64,000 nucleotides of DNA, from contig JAEOTC010000031.1 in the NCBI GenBank assembly GCA_016840035.1, positions 15,917 to 79,916 of the forward strand. The letters are read 5' to 3'. A program made the translations under genes and the position numbers. Of this stretch, positions 10,337-19,510 are shown piece by piece. Below the pieces are notes generated by a model, which was not told where the DNA came from, searched no databases, and worked only from the letters and a program-made list of their open reading frames with translations. Source of the DNA: Candidatus Hodarchaeota archaeon. GTDB taxonomy: Archaea > Asgardarchaeota > Heimdallarchaeia > Hodarchaeales > Hodarchaeaceae. The number at the start of each line of letters is the position of its first letter. Within the stretch, counting starts at the first letter, position 1.

Positions 10337-10960
10337 GTGACCGTTTTAAAAATCGTACTTATTGGAGATGGAGGAGTAGGAAAGACAGCTATTCGTGAGC
10401 GGTACCTAGGGAAGGGATTTAAATCGCAATACCTCCTCACAATTGGTGCAGATTTTGCTATGAGAGACGACATAGTCAATGGAGTGGATATCCGATACCA
10501 AATCTGGGACTTGGCGGGGCAACAAAGATTTGATGCCGTTAGAGAGGTATACTACAAAGGTTGTGTCGGTGCTCTCCTTGTATATGATGTTACACGTCCT
10601 GATTCATATTTTAATACTCCTAAGTGGATTAATGAACTATGGGCAAACAATGGAAGAGGCCGTGTACCTATTGTCGTTGTTGCAAACAAAATTGACATGA
10701 GAGAATTATCTGATGATACAGTCTCTCCAGAACAGGGTCGTGTATTTACTAATCGATTATCCAATCTCACTAAAGCGGAGGGGTTCGAATGTCACTACAT
10801 AGAAACTTCAGCGAAAACAGGCATTAATATCCAGAATGCATTTGGCCTCCTTGGGACTAATGTCATGAGATTCGTGGAAAATCAGAGAAAAACTAGTCGT
10901 ACAACAAGTCGACTGAAAGCTACTCCCCAAAGAACAGTTCCTGAACAGAGACAAACCTAA
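10337..10960 (+). CDS. Rab-like small GTPase
   Basis: GDGGVGKT, TIGADF, WDLAGQQRF, YYKG, NKID, ETSAK; basic C-terminal tail, no CAAX. Confidence 0.93.
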   Translation: MTVLKIVLIGDGGVGKTAIRERYLGKGFKSQYLLTIGADFAMRDDIVNGVDIRYQIWDLAGQQRFDAVREVYYKGCVGALLVYDVTRPDSYFNTPKWINELWANNGRGRVPIVVVANKIDMRELSDDTVSPEQGRVFTNRLSNLTKAEGFECHYIETSAKTGINIQNAFGLLGTNVMRFVENQRKTSRTTSRLKATPQRTVPEQRQT

Positions 10961-10984
10961 GTCTCAAAATATCTTTTTCTTTTA

Positions 10985-11701
10985 TTAAAAAAGGGAGCGA
11001 AAGTAAACCAGTATATGCTTCATACCTATTTTCGATTCTCCGGCCGATCGAGTTTGAAATTCATAATAAAACTCTCCTATCCTAGTATCTTTAGGTAAGA
11101 CCTTTAAGACATCAAATAACAGTTTATAACCACGAGGGGAGACAGTTTTTGGGTGATCGCTTATGAGGGAACCCACATATTCAGTTTCTCCACCAAAAAA
11201 TCCACTCATTATATCCTTAGGCCTTTTTCTTCTTCGTAAGAACAAACTGATTTTTCCCAGAGTTGTTGCACCCCAAGAAATAACTTTTCGTTTAAAACTC
11301 CATCCCTCAACACTTGAACGAGTACCGATTACTAATTGATTACCTTCGCCAAAGAGTTTTATCCCTTCACCGATTTTCTCGGGAGGATGTTGAAAATCTG
11401 AGTCAATCACGAGAAAATAACGAGTTTCTGTAATCTCTAATGCATCAATTAAGGAAATAGTCAATCCTTTAACTTCTGCTTCCGAGCGATCAAGTAATCG
11501 AATTCGTTGATTTTCAGCATGAAACTTTGTTACAATCTCTCCTGTTTTATCCTTAGAGCCATCATCAGCTACTACTACTGATATATCGGGATATAAACTT
11601 GTTAATCTAGAAATCATGTTTTTAATGTTTTTTTCTTCGTTCAAAGTCGGAATAATAATCGTTGTCTCGCTTTCAGGATTCAGATCACTCACCTCGATCA
11701 C
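10985..11701 (-). CDS. GT2 glycosyltransferase, polyprenol/dolichol-phosphate mannosyltransferase-like
   Basis: IIIPTLNEEKNI, VADDGSKDKT, IDSDFQHPPE, DIMSGFF, FQTRSAGESKI. Confidence 0.9.
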   Translation of the reverse strand: MIEVSDLNPESETTIIIPTLNEEKNIKNMISRLTSLYPDISVVVADDGSKDKTGEIVTKFHAENQRIRLLDRSEAEVKGLTISLIDALEITETRYFLVIDSDFQHPPEKIGEGIKLFGEGNQLVIGTRSSVEGWSFKRKVISWGATTLGKISLFLRRRKRPKDIMSGFFGGETEYVGSLISDHPKTVSPRGYKLLFDVLKVLPKDTRIGEFYYEFQTRSAGESKIGMKHILVYFRSLF

Positions 11702-11799
11702 AAATTGATATCGAGCTTTTTGAGCTTTTTACTCTTCTTGAATATCGATTATTTTAAGAGTCTTCACAGATATGAATCTTACAAGTAAAATCTATACTT

Positions 11800-12234
11800 G
11801 TGATTCAAGTGAGCTTACGTGATCTACTCAACAAATTCGCTGTAGGATTTTCTGTTGCGGGGATATTTATTCAAACTCCGCAAGAACTATTCCCCATTGT
11901 TCAGGAAAACCCAAATTTTTACCTGGCGATCAAAAGAATTCCAATTCTTGAGGAGGGAACAATAGAGGTAAAAATAGGGGATAAAAAATATGGGCTCCTT
12001 GTAAATATATTAAATGAGCAGATGAAGATATTAATCGTCTCAAATATCAAAAATACACAAGAGATTGAATCACATTGGAAACGGTTTGCTCCAGTAATTC
12101 GTGAAAAAGTGCAAATTAACGATTTTATTCTACAAGAGAGTATTGAAACACGATTATTTAATCGTCTTGAAGATATAAGGATATCATTTGAAGATTCAAT
12201 ATTCAATTTTAAGGAGAAAACTAAAATTGGCTGA
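11800..12234 (+). CDS. hypothetical protein, possible Roadblock/longin-like fold
   Basis: 144 aa; helix, then strand VAGIFIQT, then three strands TIEVKI-KYGLLVNI-MKILIVS, then a helix. Stop overlaps the next gene. Confidence 0.6.
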   Translation: MIQVSLRDLLNKFAVGFSVAGIFIQTPQELFPIVQENPNFYLAIKRIPILEEGTIEVKIGDKKYGLLVNILNEQMKILIVSNIKNTQEIESHWKRFAPVIREKVQINDFILQESIETRLFNRLEDIRISFEDSIFNFKEKTKIG

Positions 12235-13450
12235 TCCACAACATTCAAATTCGAATCCTGAGTACATTGAATTAGCTCAAAGACTTTTAGAGCTTACCAC
12301 ATTTCTGCAAAAGAATTCAGAAGCAATTGAGGACTTAAAGAAAGAAATGGGAGAGATGAAATCAAAAACCCAAGATCTCGATCTGGAGCTTGGTAATAAA
12401 TTCAATGAGTTTAGAGATAGTCTTAATTCCGATATGAAACAGATAAATGATAAATTCGATTCACAAATTGCTGAGATTAAAGAAACTCTGGAAACACAAA
12501 AAGAACTTCTAGCTTCCGAGGTCAAAACGGTAACTGAAGTTATTGAAACCCAAGAAAACCATTTTAATGATAAGTTTTCCTCACAGAAACAGGTTGAGGA
12601 GAGATTACAGGCCTCCATCGATAATCATGAAGACAAGTTGGTAGAACTATCTGGTGGAATAAAAAACGGTATATCAGATATATCAGAACAGCTCAATGAA
12701 CGTGAAACAACTCTTAAGTCTTCTATATCTGCCTTAGGAGAGCTAGTTCGAACTCAGAACGAAACAACAACAAAAACCTCAGATAAGCTGGAAACAGATA
12801 TCTCCTCACTTAATGAACTGACTCAAGCTCATACAGAGGCGTTTAACAATGTTCGGCAAAGTCTCCTTTCTTTCAAAGATAAACTTCAAGAGATAATTAC
12901 TCTATCAAAGAAAGATCAGCAGTCCCATTTTGAAAACTTCTCACGAATGCTGGAAAGCTTTAATGAAAATATAAGAACAGAAATAACTCTTACGGCACAA
13001 AACCTTAAAGAATCCGATATTCAGATTCTCAATGAAGTAGCGGAACATTATACACGAAAAAAGGTTGGAGATGATCTTCAACAAGCTTTCACAAGCTTTA
13101 GTGACGAACTCCAACAACAAACTTCTCGTACACGGGAGGAGATTACTCAAAACCTTCAAAATTCACTAAATGAATATGAAACTATAGTAGAATCTCAATC
13201 ACAGAGTATTCAAACCTATAAGGAGGAGCTTGAACGAATCCAGAGCGAAATTCAGGCGATAATTGACCGAAAGGTGAATGAAAAATACGAGGCAGTCTTC
13301 TCACTGCTTTCAACGGTAGCATTACACGCTGAAGAACTTTCTATGCTCATAAAAACTGCAGAAATTCATTTACCAAAAGAAATTTCATCATCTGTTGAAA
13401 ATAAGGATACTCAAGGGACCAATACTGAAAATCAAGATGATGAGCATTGA
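12227..13450 (+). CDS. long coiled-coil protein
   Basis: About 400 aa of E/Q/K/L/S-rich helical sequence; AGGAG precedes TTG 12227. Confidence 0.8.
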   Translation: MADPQHSNSNPEYIELAQRLLELTTFLQKNSEAIEDLKKEMGEMKSKTQDLDLELGNKFNEFRDSLNSDMKQINDKFDSQIAEIKETLETQKELLASEVKTVTEVIETQENHFNDKFSSQKQVEERLQASIDNHEDKLVELSGGIKNGISDISEQLNERETTLKSSISALGELVRTQNETTTKTSDKLETDISSLNELTQAHTEAFNNVRQSLLSFKDKLQEIITLSKKDQQSHFENFSRMLESFNENIRTEITLTAQNLKESDIQILNEVAEHYTRKKVGDDLQQAFTSFSDELQQQTSRTREEITQNLQNSLNEYETIVESQSQSIQTYKEELERIQSEIQAIIDRKVNEKYEAVFSLLSTVALHAEELSMLIKTAEIHLPKEISSSVENKDTQGTNTENQDDEH

Positions 13451-13615
13451 ATTAGTCTTTTATTTCAAAAAACTCGAACTTAAATTAAATAATAATAGTA
13501 GAAGGCTAATTGATAAGCTTTAAATGAAATATTAGTAAACAAAATTATTGTAGAATAATAGTATAAAACTCATAATCAAATCAAAAAGAGTCTCTCTTCG
13601 GAATGGGAATTCTGG

Positions 13616-14140
13616 GTGTCACAGAACAAATCAGTAAAAGTGGTAATAGCAGGAGAAAAACGCGTAGGAAAATCCTCACTTGTACATCGTTTTATACATG
13701 AGAAATTCCCATTAAAAGATCTTTATTCCACCGTAGGATTTGATTTCACGGTGAAAAGTATTACATTTGAAGATGGAGAGATTATTGATGTCCTTCTTTT
13801 TGATTTCGGCGGAGAACCACGATTCCAGACGATATTTCCGCAGTATGCTTCTGATTGTGATGGGTTAATTTTAGCTTTTGATCCCTCCCGAGAACAGACA
13901 TTTACTGCACTTCATGAATGGATAAAGGTATATGGTAGAGAAAGCGAAAGCATCAATTTCTTAGTCTCGACGAAATCTGACCTTGGAGTTACAATTTCAC
14001 CCGTTGAAATAAACGAGTTTAGAAATCAATACAACATTGATGAATATTTTACAACGAGCGCCATCACAGGGAAAAACACCCAAGAACTCCTTCATAAGCT
14101 TGTATCACGAATTCTAGAACAGCAGAATGTAAAAGCATAA
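13616..14140 (+). CDS. Rab-like small GTPase
   Basis: GEKRVGKSS, STVGFDF, FDFGGEPRF, TKSD (G4 variant), TTSA. Confidence 0.9.
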   Translation: MSQNKSVKVVIAGEKRVGKSSLVHRFIHEKFPLKDLYSTVGFDFTVKSITFEDGEIIDVLLFDFGGEPRFQTIFPQYASDCDGLILAFDPSREQTFTALHEWIKVYGRESESINFLVSTKSDLGVTISPVEINEFRNQYNIDEYFTTSAITGKNTQELLHKLVSRILEQQNVKA

Positions 14141-14163
14141 TCATAATTCGGAATGATCAATCT

Positions 14164-14730
14164 ATGACTGATACTAAATTTCAGTTTACTCCCGATGTAT
14201 TGACAGTAAAAGTCGTTGTTGCTGGTCCTGGAGGTGTGGGAAAAACTACTCTCCTTAAACGTCTTGAAACCAATAATTATATTCCCGCTATTAGCACTGT
14301 GGGAGTGAACTTTCTTGTCTTAGACCACGAAATCGGTGAAACTATTTTAAGAATTGCATACTGGGATTATGCAGGGGAAAATCGGTTTAAATCACTTTTT
14401 CCCGGCTATTGTCAAGGATCATCGGGAGGAATACTAGCATTCGATACATCACGGATTCAAACTCTGTCAGAAATACCAGAATGGCTCAATATGATGAAGG
14501 AACATAATGATCCAAACCTTCCAATCATTTTACTTGGAAATAAGATAGACACAGTCGAGGAAAATAAGAGAAAATTGATTGCAGAGGCAGCTGCAAAATT
14601 TGTCAGAGATTATGGTTTATCTGGTTACTACTTCTGCTCTGCAAAATCTGGTGAGGGATTAAGTTCCCCATTTCAACATTTAGGGATCTTACTTGTGGAG
14701 AGAGAGAAAAGAGGAAGTATGAAGAAATAA
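14164..14730 (+). CDS. Rab-like small GTPase
   Basis: GPGGVGKTT, STVGVNF, WDYAGENRF, NKID, CSAK. Confidence 0.92.
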   Translation: MTDTKFQFTPDVLTVKVVVAGPGGVGKTTLLKRLETNNYIPAISTVGVNFLVLDHEIGETILRIAYWDYAGENRFKSLFPGYCQGSSGGILAFDTSRIQTLSEIPEWLNMMKEHNDPNLPIILLGNKIDTVEENKRKLIAEAAAKFVRDYGLSGYYFCSAKSGEGLSSPFQHLGILLVEREKRGSMKK

Positions 14731-15046
14731 GGATAGAGGTTTAATTTTTTATCAGACTAATACTAGTTCTGATCTGAAGATCTGTAAACTTATTTCCATT
14801 AGTATGAGTAACTTCTAGGGACACAAACCTATCGTTTTTGTTTTTATGAACATTTTCGAATTTCTTTCATTACAATCATTCTCCCTCCCACCATAGAACG
14901 AGGAATGGATTATTTGAATACCTTTTTAATAGACATTTCATCCAAAATCATTGAATAGAATGAAGTTTTATTAGGAAGGGCTTTAATTCAAGTAATCAAT
15001 CTGCTAATATTGCACTTCTTTTAATCTCTTAATAGGGGCCCGACAT

Positions 15047-18000
15047 TTGGTACATATCAAAGAAATTAGGATGACCGGTTGGAAATCATATGGACCCGGT
15101 ACTGTCCGAATGCCTCTTGCGAAGGGATTTACGGTTATTGTTGGGCCAAATGGGAGTGGAAAATCCAATTCTATTGATGCTGTTAACTTTTGTCTAGGTG
15201 CTCTCTCTAAAAAGAGTATGCGAGCAGATAAGATGGTAGGCCTCATCTATAACGGAATTGGAGGCAAAAGAAAGTCAGAAAAGGCATTTGTTGAAATTGT
15301 TTTTGATAATGCTGACTTTGCCATCCCTATAAGAGAAAAAGAAGTTATTGTAAGTCGAGAACTAAAAACCAATGGCTCAGGAACTTATAGACTGAATGGT
15401 AAAAGAACCACTCGGACTGATATTTTAGATAAACTTAGAATTGCAGGTATTGATGTCGTTAATAGTTATAATATTATTGCTCAAGGGCAAGTCGGCGAAA
15501 TTGTTGGAATGAATCCAAATGAGCGACGCCAAATGATGGAAAATCTTGCTGGCGTCGGCCAATTTGATACGAAGAAGCAATCTGCTCTATCAGAATTAGA
15601 AGAAGCAAATAAGAGAATGGATGAGCTTCAGCTCCTTGTAAATGAAGTCGCAAAGCGTGTGGAATCTCTTCGAAAGGAAAAACAAGATGCTGAAAGGTGG
15701 AGTCAACTAGACTCTGAAATTTTAAATCTTAAGGCCCTCCTAATTTCATATTCATTTCACACCAATAATCGGGCATTGGTAAAGTTTGATGAGGATATTG
15801 CATCAATCCGCAGTAATCAGGAACAATTTGTAACCGAGCGATCACAGATTGATACAAACGTAGAAGAAGTCACCGAGAAAATTCGGACCCTTGAAGATTC
15901 ATTAATTCGTGTTGAAACTTCACTAAAGGAGATCAGGACTTCCGCAGAAGAAAAGAATATTGAAAAAACAAAAGTTCAGGAAAAGGCTGAATATAATAAA
16001 AAGACAATTAAATCGAATGAGAAACGAATAAAGCAGTTAGAATCACGTTCTGAAGAAATTCAGAAGAAAATTGAAGATGATAGTAATACGAAAGAGGAAC
16101 TCTTACAGAAAAAAGACGAATTAGTCGAGCGGATAGAACAGATTCAAAATGATAGAACTTCTCTTGAAGAGGATCTTGAACTAAAAAATCAGGAATATGA
16201 CGAAATCAAGGGAGAATTTGAAGACGGAGAGAGACGTTTAAAGATTGAAAATGATAGATTAACAAAAACTCAGGTCTCCTTTGAAGTATCACAAAATATG
16301 GTTAATGCTTTTCAAAATAATGTTGATGAATATCAACGACGGCAATCAGAAGCAGAAGAACAGATTAAATCAGCTTCAGAAAGAGCTGAAGAACTTAAGA
16401 TTCAAATTGAAGAAGAAAATACTCAACAAACAGAAGCATCTGGGAAATTAGAGGAAATCGAAACTAAAAAATTGAATTTAGAAACTCAAATTGAGAATAT
16501 CGATGATCAGGTAAGAGAATTAAGTGACAAACAACTAGTTTTAAAGGCAAAAATTGAAACGATATCTTCCTTCGTTAAATCAGAAGCAGGAAAAGAGAAT
16601 CCAGCGGTATCCTATATTAATGGGAAGAAAAATGATGGCAATATTGCTGGAGTTCTTGGTGAATTCCAAAATTTGTCTGATGAAGGAATTACTCTTCCTC
16701 CAGAAGTTGGCCATCTGTCTGATGCAATAATAACTGATACCATTGAATCTAGTTTAAACTGTATAAATCTTTTAAAAGAACATTCAATAGGTGCTGCGAA
16801 TTTTATTCCTCTTGAAAAATTCAAACTTAAAAAAACTGATAATTTCTCAAATATAGTGAAGAAAGTTAGAGAACAGAATCAAGTCGTTACATCATTATCA
16901 GAAGCTGCTAATCTTTGGAAAAAACATAGTTCCACTTTATCAACCGCTGATGGTGACATTTTTTACTCGAACGGAATAATTTACGGAGGATTTCATCTAC
17001 TTTCTGCTCAAGCCTCCGTTGATTCGCTTGATTTAGAGATGGGCCAAATCACTTCTGAACTTGAGGAATATAAATCTAAGTTGAAAGAAGAAAAGGAAAA
17101 CCAGAAAAAACTTCTGGGAATAGAAAAAGTGATTATTTCCTCAATAGAGAAACTCGAAAAAAGTATTCAAGGAGCTACTGTTCAGCTAAATCAACAAGAA
17201 AGTGAAATTAAACTATATACCGAGAATCAACAGAGTATTGAGGGTGAACTTGATCCATTAAAGCAAAAGCTTGAAGAACGTTTATTGGAAAGGGATAAAC
17301 AAAAACAGGAAATGGATCACCACGAGCAGAATCTTGAAGTTATCGGGGAAGAAGTAAGAAGTATTGAAGAGAGACTAGAAGCTGCAGATACAAGACCGTT
17401 ATTAGAGAAAATGAATCAAATAGAACAAAAGTTAGGAAAAAGTCAAGGTCAGTTAAGTGGTATCGATTCAAGAATCGAAAGTCTCGAAACACAGAAAGAA
17501 GAAAGATCTGGGCGTTTAACTGAGACAAAAACTGAAGTTAACACAATCAAGGTTGAAACAGCTAATTTAGAAGGAGAAATTCAAGTCCTGCATGAACAAG
17601 TTGATCAGTTTAATTCCGATTTAGAAAAGATTCTAGAAAATGAAGAATCTCTCTCGACAGAGATAAAGGATTATAAATCCGATCTATCAACTCAAAAGAA
17701 ATACCAAGGACAATTAATCAAGGATAAGGAACGATTAAATGAAAAAATCTCGAAAGATGAGGAGAAAGTAACTGAAATCAAATTACAACGGGAACGAATA
17801 GCTGTAGAAACAGAAAAATTACAGAGTGAGGCATTGGATTCACAGATAGAAATTATGCCAGAAGATGCAGAAGAAATACAAAAAGTAAACGAGCAAAAAA
17901 TTAATTCTGAAATAAATCGAAAATCAGATGAAAAGAAACGGCTAGAACCTGTAAATATGCGTGCTTTGAAGGAATTCCAATCAGAAAATTCAAGATACAT

Positions 18001-18634
18001 AGAATTACTTGATCGACGTGACATATTAATTGAAGAACGTCAGGTTATTCTTGATTTTATCGAGGAGATTGAAACAGAGAAGTACTCCGTTTTCATGAAA
18101 GTTTTTAAATCTGTTAACAAGCATTTCGGTCAAATTTTCAATGAGCTCTCGGGTGGAGATGCAAGACTCATACTTGAAAAAGATCCTAAGAAAGGAGAAG
18201 ATATTTTTGAAGGGGGTCTTTTTATTGAAGCTCATCCCGCAGGAAAAAAGATTGCATCTTTAGAAAGTATGTCAGGTGGAGAAAAAGCTCTCACTGCATT
18301 AGCGTTTATTTTTGCCGTTCAAACAGTTGATGCTCAACCATTCTACATTTTAGACGAAATTGATGCAGCTCTTGACCCGATGAATGTACGAAGAGTAGCG
18401 AAACTATTATATCGAATGTCTAGGAGTGTTGGTAGAGGAGGAGAGGAAGAAGAGGGGAAAAAATTACGGAAAAGTGCAGCTCCAGCGGCTCAATTCCTTG
18501 TCATCAGCCACAGGGATATTTTAATGGCATGGGCTGACAGATTATATGGGTGTACAAACGTTAAAGGCCTAAGTTCTGTTTTCTCAATTCAAATGAGTGA
18601 AGATCAACAATTAGAAAGAGATCAAGCATTTTAA
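15047..18634 (+). CDS. smc: chromosome segregation protein SMC
   Basis: Walker A GPNGSGKSN, Q-loop IIAQGQV, two long coiled coils, hinge with GDIFYSNGIIYGG (Gx6Gx3GG), signature MSGGEK, Walker B/D-loop FYILDEIDAALD, QFLVISHR. Confidence 0.96.
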   Translation: MVHIKEIRMTGWKSYGPGTVRMPLAKGFTVIVGPNGSGKSNSIDAVNFCLGALSKKSMRADKMVGLIYNGIGGKRKSEKAFVEIVFDNADFAIPIREKEVIVSRELKTNGSGTYRLNGKRTTRTDILDKLRIAGIDVVNSYNIIAQGQVGEIVGMNPNERRQMMENLAGVGQFDTKKQSALSELEEANKRMDELQLLVNEVAKRVESLRKEKQDAERWSQLDSEILNLKALLISYSFHTNNRALVKFDEDIASIRSNQEQFVTERSQIDTNVEEVTEKIRTLEDSLIRVETSLKEIRTSAEEKNIEKTKVQEKAEYNKKTIKSNEKRIKQLESRSEEIQKKIEDDSNTKEELLQKKDELVERIEQIQNDRTSLEEDLELKNQEYDEIKGEFEDGERRLKIENDRLTKTQVSFEVSQNMVNAFQNNVDEYQRRQSEAEEQIKSASERAEELKIQIEEENTQQTEASGKLEEIETKKLNLETQIENIDDQVRELSDKQLVLKAKIETISSFVKSEAGKENPAVSYINGKKNDGNIAGVLGEFQNLSDEGITLPPEVGHLSDAIITDTIESSLNCINLLKEHSIGAANFIPLEKFKLKKTDNFSNIVKKVREQNQVVTSLSEAANLWKKHSSTLSTADGDIFYSNGIIYGGFHLLSAQASVDSLDLEMGQITSELEEYKSKLKEEKENQKKLLGIEKVIISSIEKLEKSIQGATVQLNQQESEIKLYTENQQSIEGELDPLKQKLEERLLERDKQKQEMDHHEQNLEVIGEEVRSIEERLEAADTRPLLEKMNQIEQKLGKSQGQLSGIDSRIESLETQKEERSGRLTETKTEVNTIKVETANLEGEIQVLHEQVDQFNSDLEKILENEESLSTEIKDYKSDLSTQKKYQGQLIKDKERLNEKISKDEEKVTEIKLQRERIAVETEKLQSEALDSQIEIMPEDAEEIQKVNEQKINSEINRKSDEKKRLEPVNMRALKEFQSENSRYIELLDRRDILIEERQVILDFIEEIETEKYSVFMKVFKSVNKHFGQIFNELSGGDARLILEKDPKKGEDIFEGGLFIEAHPAGKKIASLESMSGGEKALTALAFIFAVQTVDAQPFYILDEIDAALDPMNVRRVAKLLYRMSRSVGRGGEEEEGKKLRKSAAPAAQFLVISHRDILMAWADRLYGCTNVKGLSSVFSIQMSEDQQLERDQAF

Positions 18635-18645
18635 GCTGATTAACT

Positions 18646-19506
18646 ATGTCTGAACCTGAAAATATCCAAGAGGAAGATTCATCAGAAACTGACGATGAAT
18701 ATATCAGGTTATTCAGTCATCGTGAGCAATTTTTTCTGGAAGAACCTTATGTTTATTTAATCAATCCAGATCTTTTCCCGGAAAGAGTCGCATACGTTAA
18801 AGATTTTAAACTAAAAGAGGTATTACCTGATTTCCATAGAAAATTACTTGATCAGGGATTAGATTTCCGCATTTTAGGACAAGCAATTTACTCTGCAGCC
18901 AGAATTCATAAAAAGAAGGTCAGTCTAGCAATTCAGTATGAGAAAAAACAAGAAGAAAAAATTTCTATTAGAACAAAACGAAGAGCCTTTCAATTCAAGA
19001 TTCCTTTACCATATTATATTACTCGAGAACTACTTTCGCTTGCGGAAAGTGCAAATCCAGATGAATTTTATGCAGAACTCCTTCTAGGGCTTCAAGAAGA
19101 AGATGAAAAACTTAAAATTGAAAAAATAAAGGAAGAAAAGAGGAAACAAAAGGGAACGGGAGAGGAAAAACGAAAAAGACGAAAACTAGAAATTTCTGAC
19201 TTCGAAAACTTTGATTACGAACTAGACCTAGATCGTGTAGCGATTGAGGATATTGTGAATAGAACCTTCGAAATAATAAAAGCACTTGCTAAGCAAGATA
19301 AAAACAGTGAAGCTGAATTTACTAAAGTAGTTAGAGGGATGGAAACTAAAGAAGGATCCGATGAACAAAAACGTCTTACCAGAGCAAGAGTATTGATTTC
19401 ATTACTTTATCTATTCCGTGATGAGTCAATCACAGCTGAACAAGAATTAAATCCACCCTATGAGATATATATCAAGGTTATCGGAGAAAGAAAAATGAAA
19501 GCGTAA
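18646..19506 (+). CDS. scpA: divergent kleisin (ScpA-like)
   Basis: Starts 11 nt after smc. N-terminal LDFRILGQAIYSAARIHKKKV helix and C-terminal winged helix RARVLISLLYL...AEQELNPPYEIYI match kleisin termini. Confidence 0.78.
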   Translation: MSEPENIQEEDSSETDDEYIRLFSHREQFFLEEPYVYLINPDLFPERVAYVKDFKLKEVLPDFHRKLLDQGLDFRILGQAIYSAARIHKKKVSLAIQYEKKQEEKISIRTKRRAFQFKIPLPYYITRELLSLAESANPDEFYAELLLGLQEEDEKLKIEKIKEEKRKQKGTGEEKRKRRKLEISDFENFDYELDLDRVAIEDIVNRTFEIIKALAKQDKNSEAEFTKVVRGMETKEGSDEQKRLTRARVLISLLYLFRDESITAEQELNPPYEIYIKVIGERKMKA

Positions 19507-19510
19507 GGGT

